Notes under the pieces: model-generated
Seen by the model: the letters and a program-made list of their open reading frames with translations, nothing else
The model's database searches: none
Told to the model about the DNA's origin: nothing
Position numbers and translations under genes: made by a program
In this document: piece after piece, positions 11,354 through 22,570 of the stretch
How the letters are laid out: every line of letters begins with the position of its first letter
Numbering within the stretch: the stretch's first letter is position 1
From: Schizochytrium sp. TIO01
Lineage: Eukaryota > Protista > Bigyra: Labyrinthulomycetes
Direction of reading: 5' to 3'
Assembly: GCA_004764695.1 (NCBI GenBank)
Contig: SMSO01000037.1
Location: forward strand, 720,747-784,746
Length of the DNA: 64,000 nt

Positions 11354-14300
11354 ATGCACCCTTTGGCGCCCTCAGAAGAGGAGCGAGCGCCACGAAGACT
11401 AGGCGAAGAGCAGGGAGATGGCCAGGATCAGAGCTGGGCATATAGCCAAAGCACAAACCAAAGGGTAGCTCAAGATGGTGGCTGGGGAGGCGGTTCGCAG
11501 AATCAACAGAACTATCACAATTCTCGTGGCGATGACTCGAATGTGCACGAAACTCATGTGGACGTAAACTTATCTACGCTCAACAGCGACAATAGACAAG
11601 ATCAAGAAGAACGAGAACAAGAGTTCGCTCGCCAACAGCATCGAAGGCATTATGCGGGACTCGATGACGAGGACGATGATGCATTTGCTATTGGGGTCGG
11701 GGCAGAGGCTGCAAGTCGAGGAGAGCGATGCTCCAGGTGCACTGGACGCTTTCTGAGAAGACTCGGAAGCTGTCTCTGCAGATGTTTGTTCTGTGGCTGC
11801 ATCGGGAAGCGGAGAAAATTTGAGGAAGGCTCCCGGAGAATCTATGTGAACGATGCTGAAAGCACCCACGAGCTAGGCGTACATGCGACGAACTTGGTTT
11901 CCACAACGAAATATACGTGGTATGACTTTGTGCCCAAGTTTGCAGTGGAAGCGTTCTCAAAATTTGCAAATGCATATTTCTTAGTGGTCTGCTTCTTGCA
12001 GGCTATTCCAGATATCTCAATCACAAATGGTGTGCCATATAACGCTATGCCACTTGCCACAGTACTCCTAGTAGAGGCAGTCGCGCTCATTTTGGAAGAC
12101 AGCCAGCGTCAAAAGGACGATATTATAGCAAATACCTCGAATGTCGTGCGGCTTGAGGCAGAAGGAAGCTTTCGCAGGTGCACCTGGGCAGACGTACGTG
12201 TAGGCGATATTCTCTGCATCAAGAATCGAGAGCCAATTCCTGCAGATTTAATGATCCTTGCCACATCTAATGAGAATGGTCAGTGCTTTGTGGAAACTAA
12301 ATCGCTTGATGGAGAAACTAATCTCAAGCTGCGTCAGGCTGTCTCTGGGCGTGGGATTGGCATGTCAGGCCTGGAGCTCCTCGCATTGCGTGGATCTATC
12401 GAATTTCAACAGCCTGATGCAATAATCGATTCTTTTGATGGCTTTGTCTCTCTGCAGACTGTTGACAACGTCACGGTGGAGCGAACTCTTACCATCGAGA
12501 ATCTCCTACTTCGAGGGTGTATTTTGCGTAACACAAATGTGGTTTGCGGAATCGTGTTAAATTGTGGTCATGATACCAAGATCATGATGGGATCAACAGG
12601 GACGCAAGCAAAGCTTAGTGACTTGGACATCAAGGTCAATCAATATCTCGTTCGCTTTCTTGCATTTGAGGTTATTATTAGTATACTCGCTGCTGTACTC
12701 AGTCGCCGATGGTTCATCATCAATGGTCAGAACGCCTATTATCTCGAACTTCAATCCTTTGCTGCGAAAAAGTTTGTGACTCAGATTTTCACCTTCTTCC
12801 TTCTTATCGCCAACATGATTCCAATTGCACTATACGTCGCCATGAAGTTCGCGCGCTTTTTTCAGGCACAAGTTATGATGATGGACTCAGAGATGTGGCT
12901 TCCTAACGAAAAGAACCCAGACCTCGTGACACCTATGCGCGTACGATCTATGGATTTAAATGATGCCCTTGGCCAAGTTGACCACCTTTTTACGGACAAA
13001 ACAGGCACGTTGACAACCAACTTGATGGAGTTCCGAAAGTGCAGCATTGCTGGCAAGTCATATGGTCTTGGTAGTACCTCGATTGGAATTAAATCGCTTG
13101 AGCGAAAAGGCCAAGCAGCGCATGCAGAGGAGCTTCGCAAACAAACCGAAGATCTGCCTGCACTACACGCGCAGTTCTTTCACTTCATCGATAACCCTGA
13201 AGACTCTCTTGTAAAAGCAATGCAGCAAGAGAACCAATTCGGAGAAGGTACAATGTATGAATTCTTCACGGCTCTGGCGTTGTGTCATGAGGTACTCTTG
13301 GAGCGTGTCCATGACGAATATGGACGCTTTACTGGTGAGATTCGTCTTTCTGCCGCTTCACCAGAAGACCAAGCTCTTGTTAGTGCTGCTAATGAGTTCG
13401 GGGTGGAGTTTTGCGGAAGGAATCATGAAGGCGATGCCGAGCTTATGGTACTATCGTATCGTGGCCAAAACTCTTCTCGGGTACGAACCTTTGAGATTCT
13501 TCAAGTTTTTGATTTCACATCGTCACGAAAACGTATGTCTGTAATTGCACGCGACGCAGAATCACACCGTGTTCATCTCATTTGCAAGGGCGGTGATGAT
13601 GTAATGTTTGCCCGGGTGCGTCGTCCATGTGGCCATCTTGGTGCCACCGAAGCCCATCTCAACCGTTATGCTGAAGAGGGTCTTCGTACTCTGGTGGTTG
13701 CGCAACGAGAACTTGAGTGGGAGGAGTACGAACGATGGCAATTTCGTTTCAATACGGTGAAGTCAGATCTTGATGAACTCTCGAAGCGAAAACGAAAGGA
13801 ACCTAACGCAATCGACTCTCTCATGGATGAGCTGGAAACAAACATGGATCTTCTTGGCGCCGTCGCTATCGAAGATCGTTTACAGGATGAAGTTCCTGAA
13901 ACCTTACAGCAACTCAGTGAGGCAGGTATGAAGATTTGGATGCTTACGGGTGATAAACTTGAGACAGCTCTCAACATTGGCTATGCATGTAATCTATTTC
14001 CAGATGAGCTGCAAGTCGTGAGCTTTGGAAATGCTGCTGCAGGAAATGTTGGACCTGAACTAGCAGCGCTTGCACAGTCCTCTGATGATCGGGAAATTGC
14101 GTTGGTTCTTGAAGGAAGGGCTATTGATGCAGCACTCTTTGACGCAACCGAAGCCTTTGCTAAATTAAGTTTAACGCGATGCCGAGCGGTTGTTGCATGC
14201 CGGAGCTCACCCTTGCAAAAATCTGCGCTTGTGAAATTCATCAAGCGCTGCAAGTATGCATTCCGAACCGGAGGTCAGACTCTTGCGGTAGGTGATGGCG

Positions 14301-15385
14301 CGAATGATGTTCCAATGATTCAGGCGGCACATATTGGCGTTGGTATCCAGGCAGCTGGAGGTATGCAAGCCGCCAATTCAGCTGAGTACTCAATTGCACA
14401 ATTTCGCTACTTGAGTCGTCTTCTCCTAGTTCATGGACGCTCCAATTATCGACGAATCTCAAAGTTGATTCTTTTTACTTTCTACAAGAATATCATGCTG
14501 ACTAGTGCTCAGTTTCTCTTCTCCTTCGCCAATGGATGGTCCGGGCAGAAATACTACTTCGAATTGGGTGTGCAGTCCTTCAACCTCATTTTCACTATGC
14601 TCCCTTCATTTCTCCTCGCTGTCTTTGACAAGGACCTCCCTGACTTCGTTGTATTGCGCTTTCCAGAGGTTTATGAGCTTGGATTGAAGAACCAAGTTTT
14701 TACTAGCAATGTCTTTTGGCAATGGATTTGGAACGCAGTTTGGCATGCGTTCATTATTTTTGCCTCTGTAGCAGGTTTGTGGCAAGCTCATAATCACGAT
14801 CTTTGGCAACAGGGCTGCATGGTGCTTTCGCTTGTTATTTTGGTAGCCAACTCCAAGATCTTTTTCGAGCTATCTCGCTGGACGTATGTTGATCATTGTG
14901 CATGGTGGCTTACACTCATCCTTTGGCCCTGCTGTGCGCTCGTCTTCGAATTGCCTATGTGGCTTCGTGCAGGAACAGAGTGGGGCTTCGTTTGGCTTGG
15001 GGTTTTCTCCTCCGTTGCATCTAATCCTACGAGTTGGCTGGTTGTTCTTTTCGCCTTTGTTGTTTGCTTCGTTCGAGATTTCACTGCGAAAGGATGGCGG
15101 CGTGCCTTTGACGCACGCATTTATCACGTTTTGCAAGAGTGTCTGGCGTTCAACAAATCGGTTCCTACCCGGGAAGAGTTTTTTGCGTCCCATGAGCGCG
15201 GCCCTCTTCCTTCAACGTACCTTCCTGCTACCGACATACCAACTAGACCTCCTAGACAGGGTGAAGAGCGCTTTCGCCAGTTACATCGTATGTCAACTTC
15301 TATTAGCTATGAGGATGAGCAATTTGAAAGGCGGGAGCGTCAAAACAGCCGTCGCGATGCTCCTTTGCATATTGAACTTACTTGA
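11354..15385 (+). CDS. P4-type ATPase (phospholipid flippase)
   Basis: NLVSTTKYTW, DGETNLK, PIAL (TM4), DKTGTLT phosphorylation site, FDFTSSRKRMSV, TGDKLETA and GDGANDV. About 10 TM helices. First ATG is at 11354. Confidence 0.96.
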   Translation: MHPLAPSEEERAPRRLGEEQGDGQDQSWAYSQSTNQRVAQDGGWGGGSQNQQNYHNSRGDDSNVHETHVDVNLSTLNSDNRQDQEEREQEFARQQHRRHYAGLDDEDDDAFAIGVGAEAASRGERCSRCTGRFLRRLGSCLCRCLFCGCIGKRRKFEEGSRRIYVNDAESTHELGVHATNLVSTTKYTWYDFVPKFAVEAFSKFANAYFLVVCFLQAIPDISITNGVPYNAMPLATVLLVEAVALILEDSQRQKDDIIANTSNVVRLEAEGSFRRCTWADVRVGDILCIKNREPIPADLMILATSNENGQCFVETKSLDGETNLKLRQAVSGRGIGMSGLELLALRGSIEFQQPDAIIDSFDGFVSLQTVDNVTVERTLTIENLLLRGCILRNTNVVCGIVLNCGHDTKIMMGSTGTQAKLSDLDIKVNQYLVRFLAFEVIISILAAVLSRRWFIINGQNAYYLELQSFAAKKFVTQIFTFFLLIANMIPIALYVAMKFARFFQAQVMMMDSEMWLPNEKNPDLVTPMRVRSMDLNDALGQVDHLFTDKTGTLTTNLMEFRKCSIAGKSYGLGSTSIGIKSLERKGQAAHAEELRKQTEDLPALHAQFFHFIDNPEDSLVKAMQQENQFGEGTMYEFFTALALCHEVLLERVHDEYGRFTGEIRLSAASPEDQALVSAANEFGVEFCGRNHEGDAELMVLSYRGQNSSRVRTFEILQVFDFTSSRKRMSVIARDAESHRVHLICKGGDDVMFARVRRPCGHLGATEAHLNRYAEEGLRTLVVAQRELEWEEYERWQFRFNTVKSDLDELSKRKRKEPNAIDSLMDELETNMDLLGAVAIEDRLQDEVPETLQQLSEAGMKIWMLTGDKLETALNIGYACNLFPDELQVVSFGNAAAGNVGPELAALAQSSDDREIALVLEGRAIDAALFDATEAFAKLSLTRCRAVVACRSSPLQKSALVKFIKRCKYAFRTGGQTLAVGDGANDVPMIQAAHIGVGIQAAGGMQAANSAEYSIAQFRYLSRLLLVHGRSNYRRISKLILFTFYKNIMLTSAQFLFSFANGWSGQKYYFELGVQSFNLIFTMLPSFLLAVFDKDLPDFVVLRFPEVYELGLKNQVFTSNVFWQWIWNAVWHAFIIFASVAGLWQAHNHDLWQQGCMVLSLVILVANSKIFFELSRWTYVDHCAWWLTLILWPCCALVFELPMWLRAGTEWGFVWLGVFSSVASNPTSWLVVLFAFVVCFVRDFTAKGWRRAFDARIYHVLQECLAFNKSVPTREEFFASHERGPLPSTYLPATDIPTRPPRQGEERFRQLHRMSTSISYEDEQFERRERQNSRRDAPLHIELT

Positions 15386-16083
15386 GCAAATGGGTATAGC
15401 ACTGTAACCAAATTCAGACTGATCGAAAAGAATTTATCTGTCTCATTTTTTCTAAAGTCAGGCCGACGATACATAGGAAGACACACACAAAGTAAAGCAA
15501 CTTAAGATGTTTGATCAAATGTTCATAAGATTGAGTCATATCACAGGCAGAGCGCAATTGCATGATTTGATGAGGGGCCACAAAGTACTACTGTATCTCC
15601 TTTCTTTTGCGAATAGTGATTGTGAAATACATATTGAACCCAATGATGTTTACCGGATGCAGAAGGAGAAAGAATGACAAACAATTTGAACCAACTAAGT
15701 TATTCGAATTCCTCAGACAAACCAAAATTTATCGATTGAATTTAAGCACAAGGGGCTACTGCTGGACCTATCCACAGGAACCAATGCACATGCTGCCGCA
15801 GCCTAAATGTTTTTTTTCGACATTCTAGCTGCGCAGCGCACTTTTTTCTTAGAGCGAAACTTCAGACGTCTCCGTTGCGATGAAGTTCTAGGGAATCATT
15901 CCCTCAACGGCGAGGATTGTAGCCCTCAAGCTACTACTTTGGAATTTTTTTTCTTTCTGTACCTGTTTCGCCAAAATTGAGGGGTCACGCATTTTATTTA
16001 TTTTGGCGTTTCAAGGACAATTAAAATATCTTCAAAAGGAGAATTTCTTAATTACTATTTTTTTAATGAGTTCCTAATGATCC

Positions 16084-16464
16084 TTACTTGAAAAGAAGAT
16101 GAAGAAAAGTATTGCCGTCGTTATCTTTGGCGTCAAGAACTGAAGAACGATATTTAGCTTCATTCAGGAGAACTTGGAGGCTAGCCAAGCTCTTGCTTTC
16201 AGCAGCACAGTGGAGCACTGTTTGTCCCTTACTGTTCGTTTTACTGATGCTGGAGTAAGAAAGGTCCTTTTTAAGCATTTCTGCAACTTGTCTGTCTCTC
16301 TCTATATGTTGCTTGAAACTGTCCAATCCGTCAGAGCTTTGCACGGAGATTGCATGTCGCAGCGCAAACTCCATATGGGCTCATTTTTCCTTGTCTGGCT
16401 GTGCTAGTACGTCTGCAAGCATGCCATCGATATCGCTCAAAGCTCGGGAGGGTGTAATAGACAT
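16084..16464 (-). pseudogene. Ankyrin-repeat gene fragment with an in-frame stop
   Basis: Ankyrin motifs GQTVLHCAA...LLNE and DNDGNTFLHLL. The frame extends upstream to an ATG at 16464 (MSITPS...PDKEK*AHMEF) across a TGA at 16381-16383, and ends at a GTAAG donor-like site. Confidence 0.6.
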
Positions 16465-17747
16465 GTTGCACGTGCCTTCAAAGCGGGTTTGGTCGTCTGT
16501 TCTGAAGAGCAGGATGTTTCGTGTTTGTTTGCGTATTATGAAGTAGGAGGAAGAGCAGGAGCAGGCTCAGTAAGATATATGATTAAAAGAGAGAGGGCGG
16601 GTTGGAGTGGAGATTTCTTATTCTTTTTTATCTTGTTAAACTGTTATCTTAGGACTTGAAATTCTCACTTTGATCAATTACATCTCGAACATGAGCCGAG
16701 CAAAAGGGGAAGGCGGAGGGGGGCTAAAACCTCAACTTGAACTTGAGGTCAAGAAGAAAAGTCAACGTCACCTGATGCAATATATTTACAATTCTTTAAC
16801 AACATATCACACCTCACTTTAAAGTATCTCGTCTTTTGCACACTTTTAGTGGGACATACACAAAGAAAGGCCTACCTTCTTGAACCAGTTCGTTGACCCT
16901 TTTAGCTCGTTCTTATGCGTTGAAGGCGGAGCAGACAAAGACAAATGCGTCTGCTTCAGACAATTCTTTTTGTGTAAGAAATTCTTCTGTTGTAAAATTG
17001 AGCAAGTAGACGTGATTTTCAGATGGGTTCGGAAGATATCGTAGTCATCAATCTCCCTGTGGTCGGCGCATATCGAAAATCAACTTGAACTTCTTTGTCA
17101 GTGACCATATCTTCCCTTGATTTCTGCCATTTGTGATTTGACGTACCTACGTTTTTTAATTGCTACTTTGGCAGGAAACATACCACATAGCCGAGTTCAT
17201 GTAACTACATATGAACTTTGTCACCCGCAAAATCATTTTAGGCTCTTTCTTTCTAATGCACGTGACCCCCAGCCAGTTAGTGATATCTATTCATCTTTTG
17301 TAAGTTGTTTCTATTGAAGTCCACCCAAATGTTTGTAACCCCACAATAAAAAAGGTTGCAGCGATTCCTTTGTGTTGACACAACATCCCGGAGTGATCAA
17401 AGCTATGTAAAATTTCAAAAAACAAAGAATACTCTAAAAACATAAAACAAAAGAACCCCTATCTGCTACTGTTGGAACCCGTGTTTTAAGATATTGAGCT
17501 GCCAAATTTATCAATACGTCACGGGCTTAATTCTATGAACCAGGCAATGTTGAAAACAGATCCAAACTTACTTGATAGATGAAGTTTCATCAATAATTCG
17601 ATCTCGCAACCGTTCATTTACAGGAAAACGGCTTGCATCACTGCAGCACATTAATTCCATGATTTTCTTTTGGAGAGATGTCATAATTTGGCCAAAGGTC
17701 AGTGTGAATTTGCCTCACGTCTTATCTTGAGACTAAGAAGGGGTGGA

Positions 17748-18941
17748 TCATACGTCAACGCTTGCCCGCTTGCTGGGAAGCACCGTTTCGTCCTTGTTTT
17801 CTAAATCGCGCTTAGAGCCTCCACTCTCAGACATGCGCATCAGAAGACTCGGAGCATCCTGATCAACATTGAAGTCAGAACCTTGCTGAACAGGGAATCC
17901 GTAGCCAGGTTGGCCAGTTTCATGGCTTGGCAAGCTATTGGGAGTGGGTACGAGTTCAGAATCCACAAAGGACCCGCCAGACACAGCGCGAAATTTGTAC
18001 TGCTGCCCCAGATTTTCGCGAATGCTCGAAAAGATGAAAATGAGCTTGGACTTTTGTTTCTGGTTTCGCGCTATTGATGCCTTCTGGAAACACTTCCTTG
18101 ATTCGTCAAAGCCCGGTAGGTCACGGAGAAGTAATTCGCCATTGCTCTGTTTTTCTGAGAGAAGGAACTGTTGTACAATAGTCTTGGCTTCAGTGTCCAT
18201 CACGTTCACCAGCACATTTGACATCGGAGCATCTTTCTTTGATTCTAGTATGAGCATATAGCACCCCTTGAACTCTGTAGGAGGTTTAATTTGTGCTTGG
18301 TTGCGATGATCTTCTGGGGCATTGACCATGGATTTCTTCGTGCCTTCCAGCTTAATGGTACCTTGAGCGTCTGTGTGTGAAGACCTTAAAGACGTTTCTC
18401 CACCTTCGGCATCAGTCGCCGAGTTCGAGTCACCATGGTCTTTGGTGACCTTCTCAGGTGTTACCTCAGCATTGTTGCCTGTTGCTTCTCTGTCCTCCTC
18501 CGAAGTCGGCACACTGCTTGACCATGCTCCATCCAAATGATGCACATTAGCATCATCACCGCTCATTGGTCCCTTTTCCGGAGAAATACTCCTACACGCC
18601 CACGGCTTTAACGCACAACGATAAGAATTCTTCGTAGAGCTTTTCGACCTGCTCACCCGATGACGATGACGATGACGATACACCGCCTGCCTCTCCAGTC
18701 CAGGGCTGTCACTGCCGAAGAACTTCTGCTTGCAGTTGCCGTTACCCTTGTCCCCAGACTCACAGTTCTTCAGTCCTTGTTCTGTTTCATGTTCTTGTTT
18801 TGTTTCATGTTCTTGTTCTGTTCCATGATCTTGTTCTGTTCCATGTTCCTGCTCTTGCACTGTTTCACGATTTTCGCGCTCTTGACTGTGGAGGGCCTTC
18901 TGCAAGGCAGCAGCTACATGGGATTCCTCCTGACCAGCCAT
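17748..18941 (-). CDS. Hypothetical protein (~397 aa) with a disordered acidic N-half containing EQEH(G/E)T hexapeptide repeats
   Basis: Long uninterrupted ORF. 18-nt in-frame repeats at ~18775-18856. The C-terminal half looks globular (CYMLILESKKD...FRAVSGGSFVDSEL). No family recognised. Confidence 0.7.
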   Translation of the reverse strand: MAGQEESHVAAALQKALHSQERENRETVQEQEHGTEQDHGTEQEHETKQEHETEQGLKNCESGDKGNGNCKQKFFGSDSPGLERQAVYRHRHRHRVSRSKSSTKNSYRCALKPWACRSISPEKGPMSGDDANVHHLDGAWSSSVPTSEEDREATGNNAEVTPEKVTKDHGDSNSATDAEGGETSLRSSHTDAQGTIKLEGTKKSMVNAPEDHRNQAQIKPPTEFKGCYMLILESKKDAPMSNVLVNVMDTEAKTIVQQFLLSEKQSNGELLLRDLPGFDESRKCFQKASIARNQKQKSKLIFIFSSIRENLGQQYKFRAVSGGSFVDSELVPTPNSLPSHETGQPGYGFPVQQGSDFNVDQDAPSLLMRMSESGGSKRDLENKDETVLPSKRASVDV

Positions 18942-19178
18942 GCTCAAAGACGTCTGACTGCAATTGGTGTTGACAGACCAAGCCGCGCAAGATGACCAAG
19001 ACTGGGAGTTCCCTTCCTTACTCCGCCACGGCTCCAGCTGCCAAGAGTACTCTAGTCCGAAGCAGAGGAGGCAATTAAGGCGAAGATTAACCTGATGAAA
19101 TCAGGTGTTCTGGATTTGCCTCCAATTCTTCAATTCAATTCCAGTCGAAGATTTTTCAGATAAACAAAGAAGGAGATA

Positions 19179-19262
19179 ATATATATATATGTATATGTAT
19201 ATATACATATATTTATTTATTTATTTATTTATTTACTTATTCATTTATTTATTTATTATTAG
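19179..19262. repeat. (AT)n/(ATTT)n low-complexity tract
   Basis: Directly visible. Confidence 0.8.
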
Positions 19263-21269
19263 TATATTTTTTAATATTGAAGTTTTATTTTTATTAAGTA
19301 TGATCAGTTTCACACTAATATGTGTTCGAATGTTCTCCAAGGCCTCAATATTAATAAAATACTCGAGGAGAAGCCGGGATAAGCACTAAGGAGCTTCAGG
19401 CCTGCATCTGCGGCTTCTAAACTCAGCATGAAGAACTTTCTGAACTTTTTTTGGGCTAAGCTTTACGTTTGATGTTCTCCGACCAAGCCCTAATATTTGT
19501 TCGCCAGAGGGAAGGGATACAAGTCTTATCTAACACTTATAATAGAAGTGATAGGGGTACACACCATTTATTATTATTAAATTATTTCCTTTTTTTTTCT
19601 CCTATTAACTTTATAATGGAGCAAAACCTAAAAGATGTTACCATTACTTCTCCGGAGAACATTGTTTCGCAGTTTCTACGGGTCAGGTCTTTCATAATTT
19701 TTTCTCCAAATATTGTGGAAGATCGTCTGGCACGGCCACCATGTGCCCTTAAACTGCGTTGGTTATCCGGAGCATTTTTCAGGGTTCTCCCCGTAAAGGT
19801 CTCCCTCATTGCGACCTTTCACGTTGATAGTGGTAAGACATCGACAGGTACATATGACAGTGGAGCTACCAAGGTCGAGCTGTATGGTCCAGCTAGAGGG
19901 TGTTGCGGTAGTAGATTGACATGATCTAGCATGAAGATTTAGAGTCTTGGGTGGAGTTGCAAAGCCTGCTCAATCATGGAGACTTCGTGAAAGTCAAGAG
20001 TTCTCTCAAAGGTCGCAGCAGTAAAAATCAAAACTTGCATTTCGTTTCAAAGAAAGAAACTCCATTTGGGGACGATTGGAGCTCAAGCAGATACAGAAAG
20101 AAATTTAACTTCTTTAAATTTCGCACCACTCGTAGCTACGAAACCTCGAAGTATGAGTATCGTGCTGTTATAAGGCATCGACGCTAAGCGACCGCTTGTT
20201 CCTTACTTGAATGTGCGTCTCCATGTTCCTTTGCCCCAAATTGTCGAAAAGGAGATTAAAATTAAGGGAGACAAAAAAGGTCTCTTCATACTCGCCAAAG
20301 CTCGCCATGGTGTATAAAATAGGACAGCAGGCAGCGTGCTCAGGCAACCTAGCGAGCTCTGGACTTTCTAGGGTTCACGTTTGCTTAAGCGGCGAATCGT
20401 CACGTTTTCCTTGAAACCTGCACAGAACCCGATCACCTTTGGCAAGAGATGCATTTCTTGCTGTATCATCAGCTTACGATGAGTCTGGTTCTCGACTTTG
20501 AATGCTTAACGTTAAGCTTCGCACTGTATTGAAAAGCTGAGCCCGCTCCAATGATGATAAGATATCGTCAATAACAAGAACTGATCCTCAAATGCGCGAA
20601 TGATAATAAATGGGCGCTGGTGTTTTGTCTCAATGTAGTCCAACGGGGCCTTAAAATACAAGATGTGTTATGGTTGGCGACCTGCCAACCTTGGATTTTG
20701 CATTTCATAGAGAAGGACAGCCTCAAGATATTTGTGAATCTTTAACGAATTATATGCAGTATGTGCGGACATTACAAGCAATCAGACTATAATCTTTGCC
20801 TTCGGCGGTTCGTTTTTGTTGAGGCTAGTCATGGTTCATCCGATTTCGTACATGTAACTTTTCTCAAAACTTGGTGGCATTCTTCGATCCCTCGCGACAG
20901 AGCCGAAGTGTTTTCATACGTTGCTTCGAAAGAAGGCCTCAAGCCCAGTTCCAGATGCTTCAGATGGTAGAGAAATAATATTTGTTTTGTATTTAAGCGA
21001 TGAAATTGTGCACAACCCAAGTGCCAGTTTTTGCAATTACATAGTAAGAAATGCGAGAGAAGATGTGAAAACAACTTCCCGCACATTGGTGTCTTGGTCT
21101 TGGTCTCAACCAACAAGTGAATACATTTTATACAATTGCCTCGCGGGCTGGTTTTGGTGTATGTACAAGAATGGCCATGTCTGTGGGACTTTATCCCACG
21201 TATTTATCTATCCATAACCATCACTTTGAGGGCATAATCCTGAGGGAGCTACACAACCATTCTAAAACG

Positions 21270-22570
21270 GATCTTAATGCTTCACCGGAATAAACGACTT
21301 CTTGCCGCAATGCAAATAACTGAAGAGGATCCCGTTGATAACTTAGAAAGCGAATGCTGTTAAACAATGAGGTCACCTTCGTAATCCATAAGGCTTTCCA
21401 AGGTGACAGGCTGGAGGTTGAAAGCTGGGTCTGGGAGTGTTTCGGTATTTTCGCCTGTAGTGGCAACAATCGAAAACCCAGAGAACTCTTGTTGCAGGTT
21501 GACAGCAACAGCAGTATCAATTTGAATGATGCGGATTGTGAGACCATCTTGTTCGCCGTCTTGATCAGCACTTTCCTCGGCCTGTGATATCTCATGGGAC
21601 GAGTGAAATGTTTGCAAGGCATCTAGGTGTGTACTTGGCCCTAGATAGTTATGGCAAGGGCATTTCTGAGGAATGCACTCCTGCAACTCGCTTGTCTTGT
21701 CGGGCTCCTCAGTGGTTAAGAACTGCTGCTGCACCTCAAGTTTCAGGTTTGTTTCGCCGCCCATTGATTAAAAGTTCTACGATTAGGTACGTCGGTAGAC
21801 GAAGGTATTACAAAACGCGCGCAATTACAATATGGTAGGTGGCACAAGAGCCCATGTAAGGTAGCTCGGCGAACTCAAGTATTCGGGTTTTGCTTTATAT
21901 AATTCTAAAACAAATTCTGTTATCTTTCCTTTTTTTCTTTTTTTTTCCCCAAAAGGGAAACAAATGTCTCTTGCCTTGTTGGAGACAACTCCAATTCGAA
22001 GTGGCTCCTTCTCGGCTTGCCAAGATCGCTTCACTTCAACGAACGTCGATCTTGAATCTTCCTCGGCTAGCCTGGCTGCAAGCAATTGGCTCAGCTTCCA
22101 AGTCCGCAACTTTCAATTAACTCCTCGCAAAGAAAGCATCGCCGGTTTACAGACACCGCCAGCCCATTTCCATTGCCAACCAAGCCTGCCTGAGCTTGAG
22201 CTTGAGCTTTGCAGGCTGAATGAAAATTTAGAACTAACTTCTCATGGCATCAAAATGGTAGCGCTAATCAAGTCAAAGGTCACAAAACTGGAAGTTGCTG
22301 TTCAGGATGATTGTTCTCCGACCTGCAATGAATGTTGTCAACTTTGTCTATTGGAGCCTAGCCTTCAGCTGGGATGGGCTCTGCTGCACAGTATAGAGAC
22401 AATCTGTTCGGACTCTATGTCGGATCACGGGACAGGAAGGTCCCTTGAGAAGCTGAAGTGCGATTTTATGAAGATTGGCTCTGGTTTCGCGCGCTTCGAA
22501 AGAGGTAGAGAAGATGGCAACCCAAAGGCCCGGTAGTACTTTGTTATGCGTTGCTAAAGAGGTACTATTG
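21270..22570 (-). pseudogene. Possible decayed P4-ATPase N-terminal half
   Basis: Fragments occur in the expected order across several frames: FEARETRANLHKIALQLL (~FEQFRRxANxYFL...LQ), GGETNLK (~DGETNLK), PVTLESLM (~LTIENLLLRG) and VVYSGE (~VVYTGHET). They are interrupted by stops and frameshifts. Confidence 0.4.

Noticed and set aside
16381-16383. Selenocysteine codon in the ankyrin fragment
   Set aside because: No redox motif context and no SECIS identified. The frame also fails after the putative intron, so a nonsense mutation is more parsimonious.
21964-22536. 190-aa plus-strand ORF as a real gene
   Set aside because: No recognisable motif. It overlaps the putative minus-strand P4-ATPase remnant, so it is likely a shadow frame.
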